A stretch of 64,000 bases of DNA from Prevotella sp. CAG:279 (GCA_963642325.1 CAVIGE010000004.1:9057-73056), one strand, 5' to 3'. Counted from the stretch's first letter, positions 28,736-40,518 are shown. The notes: generated by a model not told the origin, from the letters alone. Translations and numbers: made by a program.

Positions 28736-29088
28736 AGCGCGTGAGCCTTTTCGCGCTGTTTGGTAAGGTCATAATATTCACTGGAAACGATTCCCCGGCT
28801 GGAAAGTGCCTCAAAGGTTTCCTGCTGCCGGGGAGTCATTTTCATTCCGATCGTAGAATTTACGTCTGTCAGGACACAGCCTGTTTTTTCTACCAGCCAG
28901 AAGAGTGCGGAATCGTTATCCGGGATCATCTTCCAGATTTCATTTTCTGTATATGGTAAAAGGGACATAAGGGTTTTTAAGTGTCCGTCCTGGATTAGAC
29001 AGTAATTCCCGTCAGGCATGATGATGCCGTCCCCGTAGAGTTCTTTTTTCTGTTCCATTTCATTCAGAAGTTCTTCTGTAAGTTTCAT
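28723..29088 (-). CDS. Hypothetical protein
   Basis: AAGGAG RBS; own promoter TTGACA-17-TACAAT on the minus strand near 29218-29246. Confidence 0.75.
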   Translation of the reverse strand: MKLTEELLNEMEQKKELYGDGIIMPDGNYCLIQDGHLKTLMSLLPYTENEIWKMIPDNDSALFWLVEKTGCVLTDVNSTIGMKMTPRQQETFEALSSRGIVSSEYYDLTKQREKAHALQSS

Positions 29089-29132
29089 GATCTGCTCCTT
29101 GTTTTTTGCTGTACCGGTACAGCTTTATTTTG

Positions 29133-29168
29133 GTTACTGTTCGAGGAACATTGCCTGTGAACAGCAAC
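29133..29168. repeat. Dispersed palindromic repeat, family A
   Basis: GTTACTGTTC...GAACAGCAAC inverted ends; flanks TTATTTTG / TTATTTC followed by GTTAC. Confidence 0.7.
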
Positions 29169-29374
29169 TTATTTCGTTACTTTTATTGAAATTGAAAAAA
29201 TGACAACAGGCGCATCTATTGTATGTATCAGCATGGAAAATGTCAATAGCCTGGATTGGATTTTTCAGGGCTGAAATTAAAAAATATCATTCATTTATAA
29301 AAAAATTCATCGTAAAACATATATAAATGTGATATAATATGAATATTCAAATAATTTCAGGAAGGACGATGCAA

Positions 29375-30847
29375 ATGTTGAAAAACTGGAAGCCGGAGCA
29401 GATTCCGGAAAAGGATGATATCAAGGAACGGCTCTGCAGCGCAAGAGCGAAATTATACGAGCTGCAGATGGCACTGAAGGAGCATAAGATCCCTGTACTG
29501 GTTTTGTTTGAGGGATGGGGAGCTTCCGGAAAGGGCAGCGTTATCAGTAAGGTGATCAAGAATATCGATCCACGTTTCTTTAAAGTGGCAACCATGGCGG
29601 CACCTACGGAGGAAGACCTGAGAAAGCCTTTTCTGTATCGCTATTTCAGGGAAATTCCGGAAAATGGCAAGTTTGCATTTCTGGATTCCGGATGGATGGA
29701 TCAGACCTGCCGCGAACGTCTGGATAAGAAACTGAAAGGCGATGCTTATGTGAAGCGGGTTGACAGCATTCGCAGATTTGAACGTCAGCTGACGGATAAC
29801 GGATATGTCCTCCTGAAATTTTTTATGCAGATCGACCGCAGGGAACAGGAAAAGCGTATGGAAATTCTCCTGGAGAGCAAGGATACACGCTGGAGGGTGA
29901 ATGAATATGATCTCTGGCAAAATGATCATTATAAGAAATGCAGGAAGGTTTTTGATCAGTATATGCGAGACACCAATAGTTCCTCAGCACCGTGGTATAT
30001 CGTAGATGCCAGTGACCGGAAATGGGCAGAGCTTCAGGTTTTGGAAACGATGATCAGTAATATCGAGATCGCCATGGAAAACAGTAAGCATTCCGTTCCG
30101 ATTCTGCAGAATGTTTTTCCGTTGGTGGAGATGCCGAGGCTTGCTGAAATCTCCCTGGACAAAAAAGAAGTGGATGATGAGCAGTATAAGGCAGAACTCA
30201 AGGAGCTGCAGGCGAAGCTTGGAAGCCTTCACAACCGTCTTTACAGAAAGAGGGTTCCTGTGATCATTACTTATGAAGGCTGGGATGCAGCAGGAAAGGG
30301 CGGCAATATCAAGCGTATTACAGAGGCTCTGGATCCGCGGGGATTTGAGGTACATCCTATCGCAAGCCCGGAGCCGCACGAGAAGGCACGGCATTATCTG
30401 TGGCGTTTCTGGACAAGACTCCCGAAGGATGGGCATATTGCTGTTTTTGACCGTACCTGGTATGGAAGAGTGATGGTGGAAAGGCTGGAAGGCTTCTGCA
30501 GTGAGAATGACTGGCGGCGTGCATATAATGAGATCAATGAATTCGAGAAGGAGCTTTCAGACTGGGGTGCAGTGATCGTGAAGTTCTGGGTACAGATCGA
30601 CAAGGATACCCAGCTTGCCAGATTTAATGACAGGAAGAGCAATCCGGAGAAGCAGTGGAAGATCACAGATGAGGACTGGAGAAATCGTGAGAAATGGGAT
30701 CAGTATGAGATTGCAGTGGATGAAATGCTGCAGAAGACAAGTACAACGTATGCTCCGTGGCACATTCTGGAATCGGTGGATAAGAAGTATGCAAGACTTA
30801 AGGCACTTCGCATTGTGATCGAGGAGATCGAGAAGGCGTTAAAATAA
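29375..30847 (+). CDS. Polyphosphate:AMP phosphotransferase (two-domain PPK2)
   Basis: Two PPK2 domains: FEGWGASGKG and YEGWDAAGKGG; FDRTWYGRV, WKITDEDW. Confidence 0.92.
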   Translation: MLKNWKPEQIPEKDDIKERLCSARAKLYELQMALKEHKIPVLVLFEGWGASGKGSVISKVIKNIDPRFFKVATMAAPTEEDLRKPFLYRYFREIPENGKFAFLDSGWMDQTCRERLDKKLKGDAYVKRVDSIRRFERQLTDNGYVLLKFFMQIDRREQEKRMEILLESKDTRWRVNEYDLWQNDHYKKCRKVFDQYMRDTNSSSAPWYIVDASDRKWAELQVLETMISNIEIAMENSKHSVPILQNVFPLVEMPRLAEISLDKKEVDDEQYKAELKELQAKLGSLHNRLYRKRVPVIITYEGWDAAGKGGNIKRITEALDPRGFEVHPIASPEPHEKARHYLWRFWTRLPKDGHIAVFDRTWYGRVMVERLEGFCSENDWRRAYNEINEFEKELSDWGAVIVKFWVQIDKDTQLARFNDRKSNPEKQWKITDEDWRNREKWDQYEIAVDEMLQKTSTTYAPWHILESVDKKYARLKALRIVIEEIEKALK

Positions 30848-30862
30848 CGGAAATGAAACAGG

Positions 30863-30902
30863 ATGCGGCAGGATATGAAAAATACATCCTGTCGCATTTT
30901 TT
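30863..30902. terminator. Terminator between convergent ppk2 and sigG
   Basis: ATGCGGCAGGAT...ATCCTGTCGCAT then T tract. Confidence 0.75.
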
Positions 30903-30906
30903 GAAT

Positions 30907-31686
30907 TTAATTTTTCAGATAATTTCGCATACTGCGCAGGGCATTTTTTTCCAGCCGGCTGACCTGGGCCTGGGAGATTCCGATCTCCTCGGCTACCTCC
31001 ATCTGGGTCTTGCCTTCATAGAAGCGAAGCTCGATAATGTGCCGTTCCCGTTTGGCAAGACGCTTCATGGCATCTTTGAGGGAAATGTCTTCGATCCAGT
31101 GCTCTTCTTTATTCTTTTTGTCACTGATCTGATCCATAACATAAAGGGTGTCACCGCCATCGGAATACACAGGCTCAAAAAGGCTCACAGGGCTCTGGAT
31201 GGCATCCATTGCATGGACGATGAGTTCTTTGTCGATGCCGATCTCCTGGGCAATTTCCGCAATGGTGGGTTCTTTTAAATGCAGCCGCATATAATTTTCC
31301 CTGGTATAAATGGTTTTGTAGGCAATATCCCGCAGAGAGCGGCTGACACGTATGCTGGTGTTGTCACGGAGATAGCGGCGGATCTCTCCGATGATCATGG
31401 GAACTGCATAAGTGGAAAATTTTACCTGAAGGGTAGTGTCGAAATTGTCAATAGCTTTGATCAGGCCGATGCAGCCGATCTGAAAAAGGTCATCTGGGTT
31501 TTCACTGCTGTTCTGGAAACGGCGGATCACGCTTAAAACAAGCCGCAGATTACCTTTGATGTACAATTCTCTGGCTTCGTTATCGCCAGCTTTGATCCTT
31601 TTGAAGAGTTCTTCCTTTTCTTCCTGCCTGAGAACGGGAAGGGTTGAGGTGTTTACTCCGCAGATTTCAACTTTATTCAGTGCCAT
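30907..31686 (-). CDS. sigG: Sporulation sigma factor SigG
   Basis: KVEICGVNTS, DDLFQIGCIGL, FSTYAVPMI, SQAQVSRLEK. Confidence 0.95.
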   Translation of the reverse strand: MALNKVEICGVNTSTLPVLRQEEKEELFKRIKAGDNEARELYIKGNLRLVLSVIRRFQNSSENPDDLFQIGCIGLIKAIDNFDTTLQVKFSTYAVPMIIGEIRRYLRDNTSIRVSRSLRDIAYKTIYTRENYMRLHLKEPTIAEIAQEIGIDKELIVHAMDAIQSPVSLFEPVYSDGGDTLYVMDQISDKKNKEEHWIEDISLKDAMKRLAKRERHIIELRFYEGKTQMEVAEEIGISQAQVSRLEKNALRSMRNYLKN

Positions 31687-31800
31687 CTTAGAATCCTCCT
31701 TGTCTTGTCAGTACATTAAGATGATTCTCAGAGGGCAGGCGAAATATACTTTTTACACAAAAATATAAAAAATAAACAGCCTTGACAAAGGCGGGAGCTT

Positions 31801-32055
31801 TTATTCCCCGGAGAGTCTTTTTTCGTTTCGGAAATCTACAAGGATAATGTCTTCCCCGATCTGGCGGATGCAGTCCCAGGGGATGATGCATTCGCTTTCT
31901 CTGGAAAAACACCAGCAGAACTTTCCTGGCTCAGGTATGACCAGGGCCTTCAACTGGGCGGTTTCGCAGCAAAATTCCACATCAATGGGACAGCCCAGGC
32001 TCCGGCAGGTATGGATATTGATTATTTCCTTCTGTTTCAGTTCACAGATACGCAT
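31801..32055 (-). CDS. YlmC/YmxH family sporulation protein (PRC barrel)
   Basis: ELKQKEIIN..LG, IPWDCIRQIGEDIILVD; upstream GCATA-N16-CATAAAAT resembles a sporulation-sigma promoter. Confidence 0.88.
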   Translation of the reverse strand: MRICELKQKEIINIHTCRSLGCPIDVEFCCETAQLKALVIPEPGKFCWCFSRESECIIPWDCIRQIGEDIILVDFRNEKRLSGE

Positions 32056-32219
32056 AAAATTCATCACCTGGTATGATTTTATGGAAAATAGATAAAATTT
32101 ATGCAAGTCCAATTATTGACACATTATATAAATTTATTCTATAATGAGGCTGTATTTATAGCTATGAATCATATAGCAGATTGCTGTAAAAAATATGAAT
32201 CCTGAAAGGAGAGAGTTCT

Positions 32220-32669
32220 GTGAGATGTCCGTTCTGTAACCAGGATAATACAAGAGTTGTGGATTCCAGACCGGTGGAAGATACCAATTCCATCCGCCGC
32301 CGCCGTCTCTGTGATGTCTGTGGAAAAAGATTTACTACATATGAGAAAGTGGAGACGATTCCGCTGACTGTGATCAAGAAGGATCAGAACCGTGAGAGCT
32401 ATAAGCGTTCCAAGATCCAGGACGGGGTTCTGCGGGCCTGTTATAAGAGGCCGATTCCTATTGAGAGAGTGGAAGAGATGATCGATTCCATAGAAGGGGA
32501 TATTTTCCGGTCTGAGGATCGGGAGATCAGCAGTAACAAGATAGGAGAGATCGTCATGGAACACCTGAAGGACCTGGATGCGGTTGCTTATGTGCGTTTT
32601 GCGTCTGTGTACAGGGAATTTAAGGATGTCAGCACATTTATGGATGAGCTGAAGAAACTGATCAACTGA
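32220..32669 (+). CDS. nrdR: Transcriptional repressor NrdR
   Basis: MRCPFC, VVDSR, IRRRRLC, RFTTYE, AYVRFASVY. Confidence 0.97.
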   Translation: MRCPFCNQDNTRVVDSRPVEDTNSIRRRRLCDVCGKRFTTYEKVETIPLTVIKKDQNRESYKRSKIQDGVLRACYKRPIPIERVEEMIDSIEGDIFRSEDREISSNKIGEIVMEHLKDLDAVAYVRFASVYREFKDVSTFMDELKKLIN

Positions 32670-32742
32670 AGGTCAGATACCATAGGAAATAATATAAGAA
32701 GAGAAACGGTTGTCTGCGGATGGCTGGATTTTTTCTTGCTCG

Positions 32743-32785
32743 CAAAAACAGGACCGAAGAGGAAAACCTCTTTGGTCCTGTTTTG
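32743..32785. terminator. Bidirectional terminator nrdR/gdhA
   Basis: CAAAAACAGGACCGAAGAGG-AAAA-CCTCTTTGGTCCTGTTTTG. Confidence 0.85.
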
Positions 32786-32819
32786 AAATTACACGTTAAA
32801 AATCCGGAAATCTTAAAAA

Positions 32820-34208
<1,389 letters not shown>

Positions 34209-34348
34209 CTATTATACATTAACATGCTAAAAAAGGGAAGTGCTAAATTTTTAATTTTTGAAATTTTTATTTCTTGCGTTGAAGGAGCAAATGTGAGAAG
34301 ATATAGAAATAAACATTTTTTTGGCTATGAGAGCAAAAAAAGATAAAG

Positions 34349-34395
34349 GCAACTGTTCAGCAGTCTGCTGCTTGACGTGGGTACTGGATGGTTAC
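34349..34395. repeat. Dispersed palindromic repeat, family B
   Basis: GCAACTGTTCAG...CTGGATGGTTAC; homologous in inverted orientation to 20623-20668. Confidence 0.7.
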
Positions 34396-34434
34396 GAATA
34401 AATAATAGTGAAGATAAGAAGAGGAGTGGTTTTT

Positions 34435-35652
34435 ATGAGAACATTCGGGAAATCATCAAAGCTTGACAATGTACTGTACGATGTGCGTGGACCGGTTGTG
34501 GATGAGGCTGCCAGAATGGAAGAGGACGGAATGGAGATCCTGAAGCTGAATATCGGTAATCCTTATCCTTTTGGCTTTTCCGCACCGCAGGAGGTCATTC
34601 TTGATATGCTGAGCAATGTACGTACTTCCCAGGGATATTCGGATTCTAGGGGGATTTTTTCAGCCAGGAAGGCGATCATGCAGTATGCACAGCTCCGTGG
34701 GATCCCGGGAGTTACCATCAATGATATCTATACCGGGAATGGTGTCAGTGAGCTGATCAATCTTTGCATGCAGGCTCTTCTTGATAATGGAGACGAGATC
34801 CTGATCCCGGCTCCGGATTATCCACTGTGGACAGCAACAGCTACCCTTTCCGGCGGAAAGGTAGTGCATTATATCTGCGATGAGCAGTCTGACTGGTATC
34901 CGGATATTGAAGATATCAAGAGTAAGATCACCCCAAAGACGAAAGCAATCGTTATCATCAACCCGAACAATCCGACAGGAGCGGTTTATCCGAAGGAAAT
35001 TCTGGAGCAGATCGCAGACATTGCGAGAGAGCATGAGCTGATCCTCTTTTCGGATGAGATTTATGACCGTCTTGTCATGGACGGATATAAGCATACATCC
35101 ATCGCATCTCTTGCACCGGATGTATTCTGCGTGACCTTTTCAGGACTGTCCAAGTCACATATGATCGCCGGATTCCGCATTGGCTGGATGATCTTAAGCG
35201 GGGCTAAGAGCAAGGCGAAGGGCTACATCGAGGGAATCAATATGCTTTCTTCCATGCGTCTGTGCTCCAATGTCCCGGCGCAGTCCATTGTACAGACTGC
35301 ACTTGGCGGCTATCAGAGTGTTAATGAATATATCCAGCCAGGCGGACGCGTGTACGAGCAGAGAGACTTTATCTACAAGGCACTTAATGATATTCCGGGA
35401 ATTTCAGCAGTGAAGCCACGGGCGGCATTCTATATCTTCCCGAAAATCGATACAGAGAAATTCAATATTTTCAATGATGAACAGTTTGCACTGGATTTCC
35501 TGCATGAGAAGCAGGTTCTTATTGTCCCAGGCAAGGGCTTCAACTGGCATCAGCCGGATCATTTCCGTATCGTATATCTGCCGGATATCCGCCAGCTTGA
35601 TAAGGCTATGAAGAAGATGAAAGAGTTCTTTGCTACATACAGGCAGGGCTGA
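34435..35652 (+). CDS. PLP-dependent aminotransferase, AlaA/AlaT type
   Basis: YDVRGP, KLNIGNP, INPNNPTG, DEIY, GLSKSH..GFRIGW. Confidence 0.9.
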   Translation: MRTFGKSSKLDNVLYDVRGPVVDEAARMEEDGMEILKLNIGNPYPFGFSAPQEVILDMLSNVRTSQGYSDSRGIFSARKAIMQYAQLRGIPGVTINDIYTGNGVSELINLCMQALLDNGDEILIPAPDYPLWTATATLSGGKVVHYICDEQSDWYPDIEDIKSKITPKTKAIVIINPNNPTGAVYPKEILEQIADIAREHELILFSDEIYDRLVMDGYKHTSIASLAPDVFCVTFSGLSKSHMIAGFRIGWMILSGAKSKAKGYIEGINMLSSMRLCSNVPAQSIVQTALGGYQSVNEYIQPGGRVYEQRDFIYKALNDIPGISAVKPRAAFYIFPKIDTEKFNIFNDEQFALDFLHEKQVLIVPGKGFNWHQPDHFRIVYLPDIRQLDKAMKKMKEFFATYRQG

Positions 35653-35822
35653 GTATCAATTCAGCATAGACCAAAAGCAAAAAAAATGTTATAATCATTC
35701 ATGAAATATCCCGGCTGGCTATGCCGGGATATGCGAAAGAAGACCAGGAATTGCTTGAGAAGGGAATGAGGAGGGGCCATTATCGAACAGCAATAAACAG
35801 AAATCGAAAGGGGAATTTATTA

Positions 35823-37184
35823 ATGAGCAGATTCAACATGAAAGTGACACCTGAGATTGAGAAACTGACCCAGATCTGTCTGGAGAATGATAAACTGGAT
35901 TTATCCCTTTATGGAAAATACGATGTCAAAAGAGGCCTGCGCGACCTTAATGGAAAGGGTGTTCTTGCAGGACTGACCCAGATTTCCAATGTACAGGCTA
36001 CGAAGCTTGTAGATGGAAAGGAAGTCCCCTGTGCGGGTAAGCTTTCCTACCGGGGATATGATATCAAGGATCTGACGAAAGGCTTTATCAACGACAGAAG
36101 GTTTGGTTTCGAAGAAGTAACTTATCTGCTTCTTTTTGGCAGGCTTCCGAATCAGAAGGAAATGGATGAGTTTTCCGGAATTCTGGCCAATCAGAGGATG
36201 CTGCCGAGAAATTTTGTAAGAGATGTCATTATGAAGGCACCTTCCAGAGATATTATGAATGCGCTCTCAAGAAGTGTCCTTACCCTGTATTCTTATGACA
36301 AGGATCCGGATAATATCCAGCTTGACAATGTGCTCCGTCAGTGTATCAATCTGATCAGTGTTTTCCCGCTGCTGTCTGTTTATGCTTATCAGGCCTACAA
36401 TCACTATGAGAAAGGCAAGAGCCTTTATATCCATCAGCCCAAGAAGGAGCTTTCCACAGCGGAGAATATCCTGCGCCTTTTGAGACCGGATAAGAAATAT
36501 ACGGCACTGGAGGCTGAGATCCTGGATATCGCACTGATTCTTCATATGGAGCATGGTGGTGGTAATAATTCTACTTTTACGACCCATGTGGTTTCTTCTT
36601 CCGGGACAGATACGTACTCTGCCATTGCGGCGGCACTTGGTTCCTTGAAAGGACCGAAGCATGGAGGTGCCAATATTAAAGTCGTGAAGATGTTCGATGA
36701 TATGCGAAAGCATGTCCGCGATTACAGCGACGAGGATGAGGTGAGAGATTACCTTCTGAAGCTTCTCCATAAAGAAGCTTTCGACCAAAGTGGGCTGATC
36801 TACGGTATGGGTCATGCGATCTATTCGGTTTCTGACCCGCGTGCAGAGGTATTTAAGGCATACGTGGAGCAGCTTGCCAGAGAGAAGGGCAGGATGAAGG
36901 ATTATCAGCTGTATACAGCAGTTGAGCGTCTTGCGCCGAAGGTTATTGCAGAGGAACGCAGGATTTACAAGGGGGTCAGTGTAAATGTGGATTTTTACAG
37001 CGGATTTGTTTACAGTATGCTGGATCTGCCGTTGGAGCTGTATACACCGATGTTTGCCATTGCCCGTATCGTGGGGTGGAGTGCGCATCGTATAGAGGAG
37101 CTTATCAATGTGGATAAGATCATCCGTCCGGCCTACAAGAATGTTCTTGCGGAAGCAGAGTATGTACCTCTTGCAGAGCGATAA
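35823..37184 (+). CDS. gltA: Citrate synthase
   Basis: LSYRGY, EHGGGNNST, GPKHGGAN, GMGHAIY..DPR, NVDFYSG. Confidence 0.93.
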   Translation: MSRFNMKVTPEIEKLTQICLENDKLDLSLYGKYDVKRGLRDLNGKGVLAGLTQISNVQATKLVDGKEVPCAGKLSYRGYDIKDLTKGFINDRRFGFEEVTYLLLFGRLPNQKEMDEFSGILANQRMLPRNFVRDVIMKAPSRDIMNALSRSVLTLYSYDKDPDNIQLDNVLRQCINLISVFPLLSVYAYQAYNHYEKGKSLYIHQPKKELSTAENILRLLRPDKKYTALEAEILDIALILHMEHGGGNNSTFTTHVVSSSGTDTYSAIAAALGSLKGPKHGGANIKVVKMFDDMRKHVRDYSDEDEVRDYLLKLLHKEAFDQSGLIYGMGHAIYSVSDPRAEVFKAYVEQLAREKGRMKDYQLYTAVERLAPKVIAEERRIYKGVSVNVDFYSGFVYSMLDLPLELYTPMFAIARIVGWSAHRIEELINVDKIIRPAYKNVLAEAEYVPLAER

Positions 37185-37222
37185 GAACTGGCATCATTAC
37201 GAAATGACGAAAGGAAACTGAG

Positions 37223-37738
37223 GTGCAGCAGATGTTCAGAAGTTTTTTTCCGGATGCATATCTGGATTCTGCATATGTGATCGATTATGAGAAGCTTTAT
37301 AAGGAAGGATACAGGGGGCTTCTTTTCGATATTGATAATACCATTGTGCCGCATGGTGCACCGGCGGATGAACGTGCAAAGCAGCTGTTTCAGAGGCTTC
37401 GTGATATAGGCTTTCGTTACTGTTTTGTGTCGAATAACCAGAAGCCGCGGGTGGAGCCTTTTGCCCGTGCTGTAGAAGGTGCTTTTATAGAAAATGCCCA
37501 TAAGCCGGCTGTGAAGAATTATAAAAAGGCCTGCCGGATGATCGGAACTGACCTTGACAGGACGATTTTTGTAGGGGATCAGCTCTTTACGGATATTTAT
37601 GGCGCGAAGAGGGCAGGAATCCGGACGGTTCTTGTGAAGCCTATTCATCCAAAGGAAGAGATCCAGATCGTACTCAAGCGGTATCTGGAGAAAATAGTAT
37701 TATATTTTTACCAAAAAGAGGAGGGGAAGAATTCATGA
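37223..37738 (+). CDS. YqeG family HAD IIIA phosphatase
   Basis: FDIDNT, SNN, KP, VGDQLFTD. Confidence 0.9.
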   Translation: MQQMFRSFFPDAYLDSAYVIDYEKLYKEGYRGLLFDIDNTIVPHGAPADERAKQLFQRLRDIGFRYCFVSNNQKPRVEPFARAVEGAFIENAHKPAVKNYKKACRMIGTDLDRTIFVGDQLFTDIYGAKRAGIRTVLVKPIHPKEEIQIVLKRYLEKIVLYFYQKEEGKNS

Positions 37739-38244
37739 ACCATATTGTGATCATCGGCTTTATGGGTTCGGGAAAGACACGAGTTGGAAAGAGACTGGCG
37801 AAGGATCTGGGCCTTCCATTCATTGACGTGGACAGACTGATCGTAAAAAAAATGAACATGTCAGTGAAGGAGGTATTTGAGCGTTTCGGAGAGCCGTTTT
37901 ACCGTGCCCTTGAGACAATGGCCGTAAAGGAGCTGTCAGCAGACAGTGAGCGTAAGGTGATCTCCGTAAGTGCGGGACTGCCTCTGCAGGAACAGAACCA
38001 GAAGTATCTTGCGGACATGGGAACGATCATCTATCTGAAGGGTTCTGCCGCAACGCTGATCAAGCGGCTGGAGGGCAGCAACAATCCGACACTGGAAGGT
38101 GCTGAAAATAAAGAGGACAAGATCAAGAAGCTCCTTAAACAGAGGGATCCCGTTTATGAGAAGTTCGCAGATATCAGGGTTGTCACGGGGGTTAAGCCTT
38201 TTGACGAGCTGATCGTGGAAATTGAAGAAAAATTAAAGGCATAA
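37735..38244 (+). CDS. aroK: Shikimate kinase
   Basis: IGFMGSGKT, FIDVD, GEPFYRALE, RDPVY. Confidence 0.85.
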   Translation: MNHIVIIGFMGSGKTRVGKRLAKDLGLPFIDVDRLIVKKMNMSVKEVFERFGEPFYRALETMAVKELSADSERKVISVSAGLPLQEQNQKYLADMGTIIYLKGSAATLIKRLEGSNNPTLEGAENKEDKIKKLLKQRDPVYEKFADIRVVTGVKPFDELIVEIEEKLKA

Positions 38245-38330
38245 ACAAAAAAACAGTTGAAAAATGACAAAAGGTATTATAGAATAATTCATAGCGAAAA
38301 AGAACCGCATATATTAAGGAGGAAATATTT

Positions 38331-38888
38331 ATGATTTCAGCAGGTGATTTCAAAAATGGTATCACACTTGAAATTGATGGAAACGTATGTCAGATCGTTG
38401 AATTCCAGCATGTAAAACCAGGAAAAGGCGCAGCCTTTGTAAGAACAAAATACAAAAATGTTATCACAGGATCCGTACTGGAGAAATCCTTCCGTCCTAC
38501 AGAGAAGTTCCCGGCTGCACGTATTGAGCGTGTAGATATGCAGTATCTGTATCAGGATGGTGGTTTATACTACTTTATGAACACAGAGACATATGACCAG
38601 GTTGGTCTTACTGAGGAGCAGGTTGGCGATTCCCTGAAATTTGTCAAGGATAATGAGATGGTTAAGGTTTGCTCCCATAATGGCGAGGTATTTGCAATCG
38701 AGCCTCCTCTCTTTGTTGAGCTTGAGGTTATTGAGACAGAGCCGGGATTTGCCGGAAATACAGCACAGGGTGCTACAAAGCCTGCAACAGTTGAGACAGG
38801 CGCGCAGGTTCAGGTTCCGCTGTTCGTAAACCAGGGCGATAAACTGAAGATCGATACAAGAACAGGAGAGTATCTCTCCCGTGTATAA
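38331..38888 (+). CDS. efp: Elongation factor P
   Basis: [31 protein letters not shown]. Confidence 0.97.
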   Translation: MISAGDFKNGITLEIDGNVCQIVEFQHVKPGKGAAFVRTKYKNVITGSVLEKSFRPTEKFPAARIERVDMQYLYQDGGLYYFMNTETYDQVGLTEEQVGDSLKFVKDNEMVKVCSHNGEVFAIEPPLFVELEVIETEPGFAGNTAQGATKPATVETGAQVQVPLFVNQGDKLKIDTRTGEYLSRV

Positions 38889-38899
38889 TGCGATACATT

Positions 38900-38928
38900 A
38901 AAAAAACCCGCTCATGCGGGTTTTTTTT
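38900..38928. terminator. Bidirectional terminator
   Basis: A7-CCCGC-TCAT-GCGGG-T8. Confidence 0.9.
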
Positions 38929-38934
38929 GCGTCT

Positions 38935-40446
38935 TCAGCTTTCTTTCAGCTGTTTCAGAAACTGGCTGGGAGACATGCCTTCATGGGATTTGAATACACG
39001 GCTGAAATAAAAAGCATCGGAGAAGCCTACCATCTCAGCAACATCCTTGGTAAGAATATCCGGACTGTTCCGCATTAAGGTTTTAGCCATTTTCAGGCGA
39101 AGTTCGCTGATATACTTGCTGGGGGAGATCCCGAATTCCGTTTTGAAAAGTGTGGAAATATATTTCTCGTTGTAGCCAAAAATATCCTGGAAAGATTTTG
39201 TTGTGATCTGCTGGGTGAAATTTTTGTCCAGGTAATTTCGTACCTGACGAGCCAGAGATGGGAGCTCTTCTCCGGCTGTACTACTGTGGAAACCGCAGAT
39301 TTGGTCGGTTTCATATTGAAGCTCCCGTTCCAGTTCATCATAGGAATAACAGGTAGAAACAATCTCCGCAACATCCGGGTAGTTAATATCCCGGTGGCAG
39401 TTCTGGATCACGGCAGAGATATAATATCGGAGATCGGCAGTCAGCTGGAACTGAGAGATGTTTTTGCGGCTTTCCAGGCTTACAATGGAATGGATCATAT
39501 GATAGAAGTAATCCTGGTCAGAGCTGGAAGAAATGCCGGCGCATACCTGTTTAACATCCTGAGAGACAAGGATTTTCTGGTCGGGGACAGAACTTAAGAT
39601 TCTTATAGAACTGCGGCCAAAACAATTGTGGAACAGGGCGAAAAGATAGGTATCTTTGATAAGCGCAGTGACAGGAACTCTATCCGGGGCTTGTGTCAGG
39701 ATCGTATTCATCCAGAAAGTGGATTCTCTGTTCCTGGACAGCAGAAGGTGTATTTCGTTTGCAATGGATGAAAGCTCAGGCTGTTCTGAAACCGGGTAGA
39801 CCAGAGCGTAGATCTGCTCGTTCTGATGCCTGCCATAAAGAAAATGGATATAAACGGAATGCTTCTGTTCCAGTTGTGCCAGGATTTCCTGAGACAATGG
39901 AAGGAAACTGGAATCGGGAATAGACCCACTGTAAACACTGGAACACAGGGGGCCCTGGAAAATAACTACAAAAGAGCAGAGAAAGCCGTTCATAAAGGCC
40001 GGAATATCTGAAGAGATAGTGTCGCTGCGGACAGCACATTGCAGATATTCCTTCTGGAGCAGACGCATTTCGGATTTCTGCTGTTCCAGGCAGGAAAGAA
40101 GGATATCTTCCAGGGTTTTGAGGTCGATAGGCTTGAGAAGATAATCGGAAACGCCAAGGTGAATGGCTTTTCTGGCATATTCAAAATCAGCATATCCGGT
40201 GAGGATCACAAAGCGGGTGTGGAAATGATTTTTCTTTACTTCTTCTATCATATCCAATCCATTCATCACAGGCATGGTAATGTCGGTGAAAACCAGTTCC
40301 GGTTTTTGCTCCAGGATTTTTGACAGGCCCTCCCTGCCGTTTTTACAGATGCCAAGAACTTTAAAGTCTGGATAATTTCTGGTAATAAGAAGCGAAAGTC
40401 CCCTGGCAATGGCCGGCTCATCTTCGATGATAAGTACTTGTATCAT
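38935..40446 (-). CDS. Response regulator with AraC output domain
   Basis: IEDE, TDITMPVMNG, DYLLKP; C-terminal YFSRVFKSHEGMSP. Confidence 0.9.
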   Translation of the reverse strand: MIQVLIIEDEPAIARGLSLLITRNYPDFKVLGICKNGREGLSKILEQKPELVFTDITMPVMNGLDMIEEVKKNHFHTRFVILTGYADFEYARKAIHLGVSDYLLKPIDLKTLEDILLSCLEQQKSEMRLLQKEYLQCAVRSDTISSDIPAFMNGFLCSFVVIFQGPLCSSVYSGSIPDSSFLPLSQEILAQLEQKHSVYIHFLYGRHQNEQIYALVYPVSEQPELSSIANEIHLLLSRNRESTFWMNTILTQAPDRVPVTALIKDTYLFALFHNCFGRSSIRILSSVPDQKILVSQDVKQVCAGISSSSDQDYFYHMIHSIVSLESRKNISQFQLTADLRYYISAVIQNCHRDINYPDVAEIVSTCYSYDELERELQYETDQICGFHSSTAGEELPSLARQVRNYLDKNFTQQITTKSFQDIFGYNEKYISTLFKTEFGISPSKYISELRLKMAKTLMRNSPDILTKDVAEMVGFSDAFYFSRVFKSHEGMSPSQFLKQLKES

Positions 40447-40518
40447 GGGTTCTCCTTTGTGTGAGGGATTATTTTATATATCTTCTGATTATAACATGAT
40501 TAAGGCAGAGAACAAGAA

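Noticed and set aside
34241..34270. CodY-like boxes between gdhA and the aminotransferase gene
   Set aside because: Match too degenerate in AT-rich DNA to support.
35706..35732. Hairpin ATATCCCGGC/GCCGGGATAT upstream of gltA as a riboswitch
   Set aside because: Single stem without an expression platform; more simply a 5' stabiliser or weak terminator.
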